From assembly GCA_964106915.2 (NCBI GenBank), contig OZ066921.1: a stretch of 64,000 bases of DNA, one strand, 5' to 3'. The notes below the pieces were generated by a model that was given only the letters and a program-made list of their open reading frames with translations, searched no databases and was not told the origin of the DNA. Source of the stretch: Podarcis gaigeae (Eukaryota). Below, one piece after another: positions 11,145 through 23,842 of the stretch. The translations under genes and the position numbers were made by a program. The first letter of the stretch is position 1. Each line of letters opens with the position of its first letter.

Positions 11145-14100
11145 GTAAGTGCCGCTCTTACTGCGTTTCCTGAAAGTAGGGCGCGGGTGGAGAACGGCGG
11201 AGACCGAGGTGGGGCCTCCCGCCTTGTCCGTCCTTTCCTGTGACAGGCATGGTCAGCGCGGAGGGAAGGGGTCTTCCCTGCCTGGACGGCGCCGAGTGCG
11301 CTGCAGTGGGGGATGGAAGCGACGCGAGGGAGATCCTATAACTAGATGACGCTGGAGGCTTTTGGAGCAGCTGGGCTCCACTCAAGAGTGGCGGTTTCCG
11401 TCCTGAATAGCGAAATCAAACTTTTGTTGGGGCTGTAGGAAGTGCAGCTTCGGTTTAAATCCTTTAAGCAGAGAGAGAGAGAGAGGACCTGCAACCTTAC
11501 CTATGCAAAGCAGGTACTCTTGAATTATAGCTTCTTCCTGCAAATAGAGATAAAAGTGGCACGGCGAGGGATTTGTGGCCTGAAGCTGGACAAAATAGTA
11601 ACAATAAGTGGACGAAACAAAGTTCAGAAGTTGGGAAACCGTAGCTTATTTTTGTAGCAAGCCTTTGTAGGTGTGCCAATGAGTGTGGCAATCTAGTTTT
11701 AAGGACCCTCTCCTAGCCCAAACCCTCAGTTAACCCCAAAATGAGCAGCTTGAAGCGAAAAGGACTTGATTCTAGGCTTGGGCAAAGATTTGGTTTGTTG
11801 TTCCTCTCCATATCAAATTGTCTTCCTGCAAGTTGTTTGCATTAGGTATTATCTTCCTGCTGAGTTCTCTGGCAGGGTGTGTTTTTTAAATAAATTCTGT
11901 AATCTTTTGTTCTTGTATTTTAAAAACTTCCATGATTCTCCAGAGGAGGAGGAAATCAACCTGATTTATTCTTATTTGTGAGCCTGTTCATGCCCCATAA
12001 AATTTTTTGGGGTAGAGATTAGTAACCTATGGGCATCAGTGGGATGCATTTTATTTATTATGCACGCTCTTCATGCTAGTTTGGAAGCTTTAGTGTATAT
12101 AAATGCTAATGAATCTTTCAGTACTAATTTTGTACCAGTTAATTCTACTTTGAATCTCTTTTCTCTTAGCCCAGTAGTTCCTATACTGTTTACTGGGATT
12201 GGTGTGAACCTAAAGTAGCCAACCAGAAAGGAGATTGTCCATTATATCTCTGCATTTTACTGGTGCTTTGATTTTGCCTCCTTCCAATCAGCTTCAGTTG
12301 GAGACAGGTATTTCTTCATGTTGAGAAAGGATGGGATCATTTCTCATGTAAACACATATCAAAATTACCCACCAAAGCTGTCTGATGTGTGACTGTATGG
12401 GTTATTACTCTGGTCTTGCCATTTTCCCATCTGGAGGCTCATGCAGAACTGTGACTTGCACAGACACATAGGAGATGGACATCTAAAGGATGACAATTTT
12501 CATTCTAACTGTGAAAGTAGAAATGTTGAGATAAAAATGTGGCTCCAGTTTTAATTCTGAGAAAAAGTCAACCTCAGGTAGGAAAAATTTGGAAAATACT
12601 GTCTTAGCCTTTAAATAAATAAATAAATAGTTAGGAAGAATTGAGGAACCTAGTTGGCCACAGAAATCTTGTTTTGGTTTTGAAAACACCTCGTGAATTC
12701 AATTGTTTCTTCTAATGCTGTTAAGTACTGTATCTTATCTTTTGCAGCTCTAGTTAATCTGCTTGATCAAGAGCATTGTTGCAAAATAGAATATTTAACT
12801 ATACAAAGTAGCAAATATATCCAGATTGAGTCAAGTGATCTACAGTGTGTCTAGTAGACTTTTAGACATTGAGTGAAAGTTTTAAAAGCATGCATATAGT
12901 GGGAAGAACAGCTTTTAATACATGCACTTAAGTTGAATGGTTGGAATCTTATTTGTGTTGGAGAATGGAGAATGAAAGTACCTTAAAAAGTATAAAGAAA
13001 GTATTATATTCTACTGAATATGAATAAGTTGTAAATTCTGTAGGAATGGATTAGATTTTGAAAGCTCACTGAGAAGAAATACCTTGTTAATAAGCTGTTT
13101 GAAATGCCATTCAGTAAGTGCATTTAATAGCCTCTTTAATTTAGCACTGAGTATAGTGGTTTGTGTCAAGGAACCCTTTTGGAGCACATAGTGATATAGA
13201 ACTGGCTGTGCTTAATTTGCACTTTTTAGGGGCAGCTAATTAATGTGTGTGTCATTTGTGAATCAGATGGAGGCAAAGCTGTAGCTACTAGGATCCTCCT
13301 GTAATCTTAGAGCTAAACTATACAATGTGTTAAATGTGTGAAAGCATTTAATGTATGGTACTTGTTTCTTTCCCCCTTTCTAATGCATCGCTGTTAGGGC
13401 TTACATGACAAGCTACAACTGTCAAAATTCTCTCTTCTACACAACTATTAAAAGTTGGAGGAGCCCTGTCCACTTTTTCATCTTGCCACTCCAGTCATGG
13501 TCCCAGTGAACTTAAGCTGCTATTTGCTCCAGTTGCCCTTTGGGGGAAACTTTAATTGAGAAAACAGTGCAGAGTGAAAGGGCTAAATTCATGAAGGCAT
13601 TTAGCATACAGTATTGTCTAGTTTGGCACTTTGAAGTGCCAACAGGAAAATGTTTCTTTGGGTTCTTTTTGCAGTTTTATTCCTCTTTGGCACATTTTTT
13701 ACCATCACTTTATACCCCTTTCTCCATTGTATTGAGAACCAGACACTGAAATAAAATAAACCTAGCTGGATGACTAGGTTGTGTCATAGCACAAGCTAGT
13801 GTTTAAACTTTCATTCAATGCTCAAGGTTTCTTGGACATTTGTTCACAGTTCATAATTGTTATTGCCTACTTCATCCAATTTTTTTTGTAAGAACTCCTT
13901 ATTATAGCAGTTGAATAACCTGCTTCACAGCTTCTTGATCAGAAAGCTATTCATTGTTCTGTGGAAATGGACTTTCAGGCCTGTAGCTGACAGAATTGAA
14001 CTTTGAGTTGACTCCTTAAAGACTTGCACAATAGCAGGAATTTAATTTAATTTGTCATCCTGCATAAGTGTTCAGAGCAAAACATGAGATTAGATGCTAC

Positions 14101-14187
14101 TCATAGGCTGATCTCGGCATCAGCCCAGTGCTACAGAGTGACTGGGCAGGTGGCTGACACAATTTAATTGGTGCTAGCCATGCTGGA

Positions 14188-14438
14188 CCTGCCCACCTAA
14201 CAGTTCGAAAGCACGCAGTACAAGTAGATAAATAGGTACCGTTCCGGCGGGAAGGTAAATGGCATTTCCGTGTGCTGCTCTGGTTCGCCAGAAGCGGCTT
14301 AGTCATGTTGACCACATGACCCGGAAGCTGTCTGCGGACAAACACCGGCTCCCTTGGCCTATAGTGCAAGATGAGTGCGCAACCCCAGAGTCGTCCGCGA
14401 CTGGACCTTAATGGTCAGGGGTACCTTTACCTTTACCT
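14188..14438 (+). mobile_element. Sauria SINE, 5'-truncated, with 13-bp TSD
   Basis: Typical body (gtagataaataggtacc...ccacatgacccggaagctgtc) and (ACCTTT)n tail. TSD tagccatgctgga at 14175-14187 and 14439-14451. Confidence 0.9.
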
Positions 14439-16611
14439 TAGCCATGCTGGATGTAGTGTAAGTCAGGCTGTCATGCTTCTTCCAGAGTTGCTGGCCCCCA
14501 ATATAACCTGGAAATATGCCCTTAGAATCCTCTGCAAGATTATGAAGGGGTTTTTAAGTGTATCTTCTGTTTTTATACAGCATTGCAGAAGGTTGGGCTT
14601 TTGCATTGCTTCCTGCATGGCCAATTCCTTCCTTGTGCAGTCTGAGGATATCCCTAAGATCCTCTTTGATGGAGTTATGTAACATATTTTAGGTCATATG
14701 GGAACACCTTTATCTCTCCCTTCCTATGATGATGCATGGTACTGAGGGAGTCCTGACCCCAGCAGTCACTTGAATCTGTTGCTCTGTAGAGTCTTCAGGG
14801 CCCACTAGGAGCACAGAAATGTATAGCTTGACATCTGCTGGCCTATTAGTGTTGGTACTGGTGGCATGGTCCAAATGATGAAGTGTCTTGGGATTGTAAT
14901 TGCTCCTCCAGGTAATTTGCACAGCTTTTGTTCACATACTGGCTCCCTTGCTTCCCTTTTAGTTCCAGTTCTTGGATGCATCCTGGAGTGGTCTGTGCTA
15001 ATTAGATTATAGATAAGTAGACGTTGCTATGAGGAATGGACATTGTTTTGGGGAATGGATAGATTCAGGTTACATGAAGAGGTTCTAGTTCCACTGCAGT
15101 TCAATTGACAATTGAATAGTTATCAATTGGGGAGGAAGGGAAAGGAGATTGTTAGCCGCTTTGAGACTTCTGAAGGGGAGTGAAAGGCGGGATATCAAAT
15201 CCAAACTCTTCTTCTTCTTCTTCAAATTGAATGCTCCTGTCTGCGTGGTGACAATTGCCAGGCAAATAGGCTTGCACATAGAGAGAGTATGCGCATGTCT
15301 GGGGGGTAGAACAACTCTCACTCTTTGTCATGGTCTGTCTACTTTCAGTTTGTTACCTGAAATTCAGAGCTCTTGCCTTTTCTTCACTAGGGGTTATGCA
15401 AACTCTCTAGAGACATGAAAAACATAGCCGCTTGAGACTTTTATGGGCTTTGTTCTGTTAATGTGTCTCAGAACCCTTGAGAAGACACAATAAGGAAGGC
15501 AAAAAAACCTAACGTATTTGTTGGAGATGATTTTTACACTACACAGAGAATCAGTTCTATTCAAATTAAGTAAACCAGTCTAAAGTCACTGGGACTTAAA
15601 AGGCTGTGATCCTGTCCTCACTTATTTGGAAATAAATCCTGTTGAACTTTTGAGTAAAGAAGTATAGACCTATGCTGTTAGTTACCTGGTCCTGTACACA
15701 TTTACTTGGAATTAAATGTCAGTGTGCTCAGTTGGACTTACTCCAAGGTAAGTCCCCATAGGATTGCAGCTTTAAATTTATTCTCTATCTGAACATTTGT
15801 TTTCTTTCTCTTGGCAGAGCAAAACAGCTCAACAGCTTGTTACACCAATAACACTGGGCTATGTGTCTATCAGAGCAAAGCATGAGAAGCTTCTCATTGG
15901 CTGTTTGTGTGGGCTGTGCAGCTCCTGTTCCCCTTTTGTTTTCTTACTGGTGCCAGGCAGTGCAAATAAGCAATTGCTGATATTAGGTCCACCTGCTCAG
16001 CAGCTGGGCTGTATTTATTGGTATTTAACACACTCTAGGTAGAAGTGACTGCTACCTCTGCACTGGAGACTTTCAAACAGAGTGTCCAAAAGATCCACCT
16101 GTTTAAAATTCATCAGCTCAGCACTGTTTGCTTGGAGTTTGGTTCATTTTGAATTGAATCCTGGAAGCTGCTACAAATGTGAGCTTGCTTCTGAGCTGTC
16201 TGTTCTAATGTGTGGAAGCAGCTGGCCAACAGTAGACAAGTGCCAAGAAGGCAGCTTTTTAGGTTTGTGTGGGCAACTGCTGTGGATAAATGAGGTTTGC
16301 TCTCATCTCATTGTGTTCAAAGGCTAACTGACTTTATAACTCACAAAATTTCTCCAGAAAATGGGCATATACTAAAAGTTGTGTCCTAAAGTACAGTTGG
16401 GAGAATTTTGTGATAATTCAGTAACAAACTTTGAGGCTTAATGGTAAACTATGGCAACTATTTGCTTCTGCTCTGTGTGCTTTATTTTACGTACCCGCAT
16501 GAGAGATGTAATTGCTTTGCATAAAGTGGTCTCAATTCATCTTTCCTGAAAGTGAACTGTGTCTCTTGTGTATTTTATATTTAGAGAGTTCTGGGTCTTC
16601 TCACAAAGGCC

Positions 16612-16753
16612 ATGGAGAAAAGCTTGGAAGACAATTTCAGCACCAGCTCTCTGAACATATTGGGATACTTATTTAGAAAAGCTGCCAAGTGCCTGGGCCA
16701 TCTCCATCTTCTCTACATGTGTGCCTGCCTCAATGCCGCCTGTTCATATGCAG
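16612..16753 (+). CDS. KIAA0319L: KIAA0319L exon 2 coding part (MEKSLEDNFSTSSLNILGYLFRKAAKCLGHLHLLYMCACLNAACSYA); exon starts at 16585
   Basis: gccATGg Kozak, MEK- start as in human, 142 coding nt, donor CAG|gtaata, phase 1 matching exon 3. Confidence 0.85.
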
Positions 16754-16967
16754 GTAATAGTTCACAATTCTCTTTCTGATAATTTTTTTTAAGATTGTGA
16801 TGGTTGGGGTTACCATCAGAGAAGCTGTAGCAGCAAGATTCCTCTACTGAGCAGGGCCTAGACTAGAACATGGTGCTTGCAGGGTGTTGCTCAGTCCTAT
16901 GGAGTCTCTGTTGTGGGGTTCCTGGGTTCAGTATTATCCCACATGCTTTTAAACATCAGCATTATTA

Positions 16968-18075
16968 CCGTATTTTTCGCTCTATTGGACACACCGGATC
17001 ACAGGACGCACCTAGTTTTTAGAGGGGGAAATCAAGGGAAAAAATGTTATTCTCTCCCCCCCCAGCCCCAAAGAGCAAGGGACAGGCTGCGTGCAGCTTG
17101 TCCGCTTATCCCAGAGCTTCTCGGGGCTGTGGGGGAAGCCTGGGTCCCCCCCCCCCCAGCCCCAAAGAGCAAAGAAGCCAAGACAGTGAGCGGGATCCAT
17201 AGCCGCTCAACCTCTCCAGCCAGGAGCTAAACCTCTCCAGCGCAGCTGAAGAAGAAGACAAGGCAGCGAGCACGATCCATCCTGCTCACTGCCTTGGCTT
17301 TCTCTTTAGCCTTAAGCAGCATCTTTAGCCTTGCGCAACGGGATGGATTGTGCCCGCTGTCCACCGGGGCTGGACTAGATGACTCCTGGGGTTCCCTTCC
17401 AACCCTGCAATTCTATGACCTTGGAAGGTGTTGGGGGTCTCCACCACTGGAGGCTTTTAAGCAGCAGTTGGGGGACCATCTGCCTGGCGTTCTTTAGCTG
17501 TAATTCCTACATTGTGAGAGGGCTGGGCTAGATGACCCTCGGGTGGCCCTCCCAACTCTATACAGGCCTACACGTCTGCAGCAGGAGATCCACAGCCACT
17601 TCACACAATGCCCACTCCCAATTTTCATTGGAGAGACATGTGGATTCAGTGTCTAGGTAGGTACACCCCTACCTGCCACTCTCCCCCCACCCCACTTAAG
17701 CCCAGGGAATTCCTGCCCAGAGAAGCTCCCAGGTGAGGCAAGGGTTAAGATCTACCTCTGGTAAATGGCTTTCCCTTTTCTCTTCTTCTTCTGTGCTATT
17801 TCCTTCTTTTGTGTTTTGTTTAATCTGTTTTTATTGTATACTAAAATAAAAGCTGCAAAGTTTCCTTTTTTATAATACCCTCTCAAACTAAAACGTTAAT
17901 CTAGATAAAAACACTGATCCAGAGGAAAAGAAGAGGGTGGAGAAAGGACGAAAAAAGAAAAAGAGATAGAGAGATTTTTTTAAAGTTGGCTTCTTTAGCC
18001 TTGCGCAGCCTCCTGCGATTGGAGAGGCGCGCAAGGCTAAGGAGGAAGCCCGGGCAGCGAGGGGATGGATATTAT
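16968..18075 (+). mobile_element. TcMar-Tc2 (Kanga-like) non-autonomous element with embedded CR1 3' fragments; right end not found
   Basis: TA|CCGTATTTTTCGCTCTA...GACGCAC left TIR. Internal ctttagccttgcgca motifs at about 17324 and 17993. CR1 tail fragments at about 17365-17560. Confidence 0.55.
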
Positions 18076-18109
18076 TTGGACAGATGGAATGCATCCTGTT
18101 CTAGATGGA

Positions 18110-18530
18110 GTCACACTTCCCTTGAGGAGCTGGTTCACAGTCTGAGATACTCTTGGATCCAACATTGTTACTGTTGTCACAAGGACAACATCTCTCCCCA
18201 TATGAACCCTGAGATGAAGCCCTTCTTTGTGTGCTTTCCTCCAAGGGAGGTCCAGAGAGTGGTGATGAGAGAATGGGCCTGTTCTGTAATAGCTTCCCAC
18301 TTATGGAATTCTCCTAGCAGGGAGGCAACCTGGTACCAAATTTGTCTAATTTCAGTGGCAATCAGATCTATTTTCATTTTCCTGTGCATTTGGACAGCAG
18401 CAACAATTGGATGTGTTGTTGTTTTTCACTCTGGGTACACTTTTAATTATGTTTATTACTACATTTTGCATTTTGCTCTAAATTACGTTGGGACTTTTAT
18501 TTGTGAGACGCAATTCATAGATGTAATAAA
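18110..18530 (+). mobile_element. Old L2-like LINE 3' fragment
   Basis: ggcctgttctgtaatagcttcccacttatggaattctcc resembles the L2 ORF2 end (RAFSVAAPxLWNSLP), followed by a T-rich tail. Confidence 0.45.
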
Positions 18531-19545
18531 CTAAACTAAAATGACTAAGAACATTTGAAACAGATGAAAGCAGGAAAGTGTAGTGGTGTGGTTTGTTAAG
18601 GCCTCTCAAAGAGTAACTTATTTCACAGATTTCTTCTATCTTAATTCCCCACTGCCCCCTGCCACTTGAAAAGTTCTTAAAAATAAGCCTTCCAGCTGGC
18701 AAACTTGTAACATTTACTCTTTTTTCAGAGAATAGAGGGATCACTTATACTGACTCAGTTGCATTTGATCTCAGTGGGTTAGTACTATAGTTAGCAAAAT
18801 CTCTGCCTTCTGGATAGGGCTGCTGCTGTAATCTCCATAATTATCCTATGCTGTCTCTGACGTTCGGCAATTGGGAAATTTGATTAAGCTGATGTGCAGT
18901 AAGTGAACCATTAATCTCCAGCTTGTCACACAAAGTTGATTTAAAATTCATGGTTTATTATCTTTTTAGTTGTAGAGAGTAAGTAGTAATCATTACATAT
19001 TTTAAGTTAGAATGGATCTGCTTTTTTCTTCTTTTGAGATTAGTTTCCTGTTTCCTGAGCCTTCTGGAGTCGTGTTTCAAAAACCACTGGCTTTTTTTTG
19101 GTCTTTTTAACCATAGCTATGATAATTTGTGTGGGTGGGTGGGGGCACTTTGAGGCTTCTATGGTGGAAGGTATTGTGGCCTTGTTTGAATGTAATTCTT
19201 TACAAACCTACATTTTGCCATTCAGTGCATTCTGAATGCACACGACAAAATGAGCCCCAAAGGTTTAGTAGTAGGATGATTTTGGACATTTTTAAAATAA
19301 CTTACGGAATTGCTTTATTGGAATTTAGAATTATTGTTCCAGCGTACTAAACTGTCACAGTCTGTCTCTTCTTAACTCCCACCTTCATAATGAATATTCA
19401 CATACTGAAGAATGAAATTCTTCTTTGTTCCATACAGCTTTCTATTCAGTAGAAAGTGGATATTGTCTAGCTGTTACAATGCTATTTTTAAAAAGCCACC
19501 ATTGTTTTCAAACAACAATGTAACTGCAAATTGTTGCAGTGAAAT

Positions 19546-19547
19546 TT

Positions 19548-19590
<43 letters not shown>
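19546..19590. repeat. (TTTC)n microsatellite
   Basis: Read directly from the sequence. Confidence 0.9.
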
Positions 19591-19846
19591 GTTACCCTGT
19601 CAGAGTTAGTTACAATCTCTTGAGAGAGAAAGATTCATGAATGTGGCAAAACTGTATTTTCTTAATTGATTGATTTTATTCTAAACTGGAGGCAACATAA
19701 GGCTAATATAACGTGCTGTGGTAAATCTGAAGTCAGCAACTGGTTTACTTCTGAGAGCTACATTTGAACATCAGAGATCTGTAACTGACTTCATTATTTT
19801 AAGCCTGTAATAAACAGAAGGTCAATAGTGTAGGCTACAATCTGTG

Positions 19847-20178
19847 GTGGTGGTGTTGTTGTTGTTGTTTAGTCGTTTAGTCATGTCCGACTCTTCGTGA
19901 TCCCATGGACCAGAGCACACCAGGCACTCCTGTCTTCCACTGCCTCCCACAGTTTGGTCAGACTCATGTTGGTAGCTTCGAGAACAGTGTCCAACCATCT
20001 CGTCCTCTGTCATTCCCTTCTCCTTGTGCCCTCCATCTTTCCCAACATCAGGGTCTTTTCCAGGGAGTCTTCTCTTCTCATGAGGTGGCCAAAGTATTGG
20101 AGCCTCAGCTTCAGGATCTGTGCTTCCAGTGAGCACTCAGGGCTGATCTCCTTAAGGATAGGTTTGATCTTCTTGCCG
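19847..20178 (-). mobile_element. RTE Bov-B LINE 3' end (5'-truncated)
   Basis: The minus strand encodes the Bov-B ORF C-terminus (LKLRLQYFGHLMRREDSLEKTLMLGK...) and a (CAA)n tail. Possible short TSD tctgtg. Confidence 0.9.
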
Positions 20179-20300
20179 TCTGTGTTATTACATGTAATAA
20201 AAATAATGCTTAAACAGCATTTTTATGTGCTCAAAGTACTGCTTATGGTCATATTTACAACAACCTGATAAGGTTAGCCTAGTATTGTATTACTCTAATC

Positions 20301-20435
20301 CAGGCTTCCTCAACTCGGCCCTCCAAATGTTTTTGGCCTACAACTCCCATGATCCCTAGCTAGCAGGACTAGTGGTCAGGGATGATGGGAATTGTAGTCT
20401 CAAAACATCTGGAGGGCCGCATTTGAGGAAGCCTG
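20301..20435. mobile_element. hAT-type palindromic MITE with perfect 8-bp TSD
   Basis: TIRs CAGGCTTCCTCAA/TTGAGGAAGCCTG. TSD ctctaatc at 20293-20300 and 20436-20443. Confidence 0.9.
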
Positions 20436-21757
20436 CTCTAATCTTACTAATGAGAGGACAACCAGAGAGTTTAAAATGAAGACATCTCAGCCCATGTTCT
20501 TAGCTATTATGCTGATAAAAACCTACGGTCAATTCACAATATCTTGGAATTGCTTTCATTGTATGCTGACATTATTTTAGAAATTTCAGAAACCATCTGG
20601 GGCATTTTTTGGCTGGGAGAAGCTCCCATTATCCTCGGTGGTATGTTGTCTTCCTGTTCTGAATTGGGACAGCAGTAGGGGGCAAAGAGTTAAAGCCTTA
20701 CACCAGAGCCTCAATCTGGATCCCCACTCCACAACTGCTGTTTGTGAAAATAAAAATCTTGCATTAGTGCTGCTCCATCATAAGCATCCAAGCAACTTTG
20801 ACTTTTCTTTGTGTAGAGAAGGCCTGTTTGATGACAGTGATATGGGTCCTTAGCAGAGCACGCTTTCCCCCTACGCAGTTGCTGTTTAAGCAGTTCAGCT
20901 AGCTGTCATGCGGTCACAGTGCTTGTGCAAGAAAACTGCCTGAGCCACTTGTAAGGGTTACGAAACCTTTAATGAGTGTGTGTATTTGGATAAGAAAATA
21001 AATACTTTGCAGTTCTTGAGCTGGTGAATTGTTTGCTCTGCTGTTTTAATAGCAGTCATCAGGTTTCTCTGGAAGGACCCACCCTGCAAACTTTTGAGGA
21101 AGTAACTGAGGCACAACTGGGGCATGTCATGTAATTGATTGATTCTACAGTATTTGTGTTCTACCTTTTTCAAAGCAGTGGTTGTTTCTCTCAGAGTCTA
21201 GCATACCCTCTCCATGTTAAAGAAAATTCTTCCTGTTGACTCACAGTGTTGAGAATTCTCAAGGCTTTCCACAAAAAAGGCAGGAAAAGTTAGATAGAAA
21301 ATTCTCTCTACCCCCCCCCCCCTGAGAAATACAAATCCCCCTTCCTCTTGTGGTGAAACGACTCCTGGCTGCCTTTCCCCATCTTTTGTTTATCTCCCTT
21401 ACTCCCTTTGTGCTTATTTTCCTTGGGAATTGAGAGAGGAAGAAGCTGGGTAAATTAGCTATTAAGACAAGTGTCCACATGTTAGGCATTCCCAGTTCAA
21501 GCTCCAGAGTTCCTTACACTTGGGATGCTATCTTTGTTTTAAAAATTTAAATGGCAACCTCAAGGGGTAGAAAGGGAACCAGATTAGGATCAGAAGCATG
21601 ATATGTGGTGACAGTAGCTAATCCTTCATTCCTCCTTCACTATAGTACCAGTGACATCTCCCTCAAAGCTTCAGTTCATGTCAGGAGGGATACCTCTGTT
21701 AGCCCCAATGGAGACCTCTTCTAGGGACTTTAGCAGCTTCAGGGAAGCAATTTTCAT

Positions 21758-22188
21758 TAGGGACTGGCATAGGACAGAAGGTTTCACAACCCACCCACTT
21801 ATTGGTAGCATGGATACGGATATTGGAAAATTGCAGTGGAAGTGGAAGTGAAAATGACAAATGTTTGTTAATTTGTCTCATGTTCAGAATAGAAATGAGT
21901 TTGGCAAATATTATCAGTATTCACTGTTGTTTCCAGTCCGCAAACAATACATGATTGGTGACATTTTGCCCCCTCTCATTTGCATTGTGTTTCCTTTGCT
22001 TTGAACTGATTGGCCTTTGCACTGAATTGAATTGTGTGGAAAAGCATAATAACATAATTTCGTAAAATTCAGTCACATCAGTCAGCGAGACGAATAACGT
22101 TTTTGTCGGAAGCTGAACTGCAGCAGAACAGAAATAGTGCAGCATGCAGAAAACATAGGTTAGAATAGAAATCAGTGCCTCACCCCTA
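21758..22188. mobile_element. Old hAT-like MITE (TAGGG...CCCTA), related to the element at about 30950-33080
   Basis: Imperfect TIRs. 21880-22175 aligns by eye with 31050-31360. Confidence 0.55.
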
Positions 22189-23842
22189 GGCATGGCCTCA
22201 ATCTCTCACCCCCAACATGGTTTCTATTTGATATGTAAATACCAGATACATGAAAGGCATTACATATCTTGTGTATGACCTAACTTAGTCCCTAGTTCTC
22301 TCTGAGACTGCTTCTTCCCCAGTGTCCCTTAAATCCTTCAGCTCTATAAAAAGCTTAATGATGCTACCCTTGCTGCAAGCATGCGCAAGGCAATTTCTGC
22401 TCCTTAATTATGTGGTTTCTTTCCCTTATATGTTTGCCAAAGCTTGGGCATTCTTAAGAAGCACAATGAGATGTCTGCTTTGGCTGACATTTGGTGACTA
22501 GGCAAAGCATTTAAAGGATTTATTTAATATATATGATAAGGAGGGAGACAAATGCAAATAAACAAAATGTAAGTACAGCTTGAATGTTTAATGGAAGGCA
22601 GCTGGCAAGAAAACATAATTAGGAATATTCAGCTTTGCCCATCTGTTTTCAGGATTCAAAGACTCTTCCCACCATTTCCTCCCTCCCATTCCATCTCAAA
22701 GCTGGCAGGAATACTGTGTCACCTATTTTAATTATGCTGCAGTGAATTTTTATGGTGCTTGACAGATTAATCAGCACACCAGACCAATACCAAACTCAGT
22801 AAGAATCTAAACTGTGCTTTGCTTCAAATTAAATTTTTTAAAAACACACACATGCTTGAGAACCTGTCTAAGAGATCTCCAGGGATCTGTTGAAATAAAC
22901 CCAATAAAGTTGGTCGCCAGCCCCTTGATCCTGTTTATTTTTTTTGCCTTTTAGGTGAACTTTGAGGAAAGCCTCAGTTGTTAAATCCACATTTTGTAAG
23001 ACCAATCCAAACATAATTTTAATTTTTCTTTAAGGCTGCCAGTACTTCCAATTTGCTATGGAAAATGTATCACAGAAACATTTGTTTTATGGACCTCATG
23101 CCCTTGTTATTATGACACCTGTCCTTTCTCAGCCAGTGGTATTGGGTGCTCAGCCCCTTTGTTCCAAAATGAGGTCCAGCTGTGTGCTAAACACAGAATG
23201 AATTTTGGAACACAAGACTTTGCAATGCAAGATGTAATGAGGAACAAAATATTTAAGACACCCATGCTTTTCACCCCAAACCTCATACTATTCTCAGGAT
23301 CCATTCATGCCAATATACACAAAGATGCCAGACTGTTCGGTGACCAGTTGTGGTGTTAGTAGCAAGCATCTTAATTGCTGAGAACTCTTCTGATGGCAGA
23401 TTTTCTTCTAGGTCCAGTAATAATAATATGTAATATTTTTGGAGCATATTAGTATATTCAGAATGCTTTACATTTAGTGGCCCATTTCACACGTAATGAT
23501 AAGCCATGTTTTAGTGCTACATGGGTGACAATTAGAACAACAACTGAAAAAAGGCAGAACATACAGAAAAAACTTGAATCATCATCTGATTTTCCTGATG
23601 TGAGCAAAGAAAGGATAGCAATTCTTAGTTTGGAAGCATTTGATATTTTAAATAGGATGAAAGGCTGACCATTGAGACCATTGCTGGGCAAGAAAGCAGG
23701 TAGGAGATTGGAATGTTAGATAAAGGCTGCACAGTATTTGTAAGTAACTTGAACAAATATGAAATTTACAAAGTACCCACTGAAGAACCACAAACATGAC
23801 ATCCAACTGGCTAGTAGATTTTTCCTGTTTTGCATCTGAGTA

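Larger units (their letters stand above)
9880..11400. promoter_or_regulatory. CpG island / bidirectional promoter shared by NCDN (-) and KIAA0319L (+)
   Basis: The only long CpG-dense block in the window. CCAAT boxes at 10412, 10443 and 10641, and ATTGG at 10655; ETS TTCCGG at about 10635 and 10697; GC box GGGGCGGGGC at about 10743; TGACGT at 10806; NRF1-like GCGCATGC at about 10097. It lies between two divergent genes. Confidence 0.85.

Noticed and set aside
15790-16040. Strong-looking acceptor (ttggcag| at 15817) and E-box-rich block in intron 1
   Set aside because: No convincing partner donor or conservation evidence can be seen from sequence alone.
17986-18534. 182-aa + strand ORF in intron 2
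   Set aside because: It starts at TTG and spans the junction of a DNA-transposon remnant and an L2 fragment, with no recognisable domain.
19822-20268. Three overlapping ORFs of 75-123 aa
   Set aside because: All derive from the Bov-B 3' fragment.
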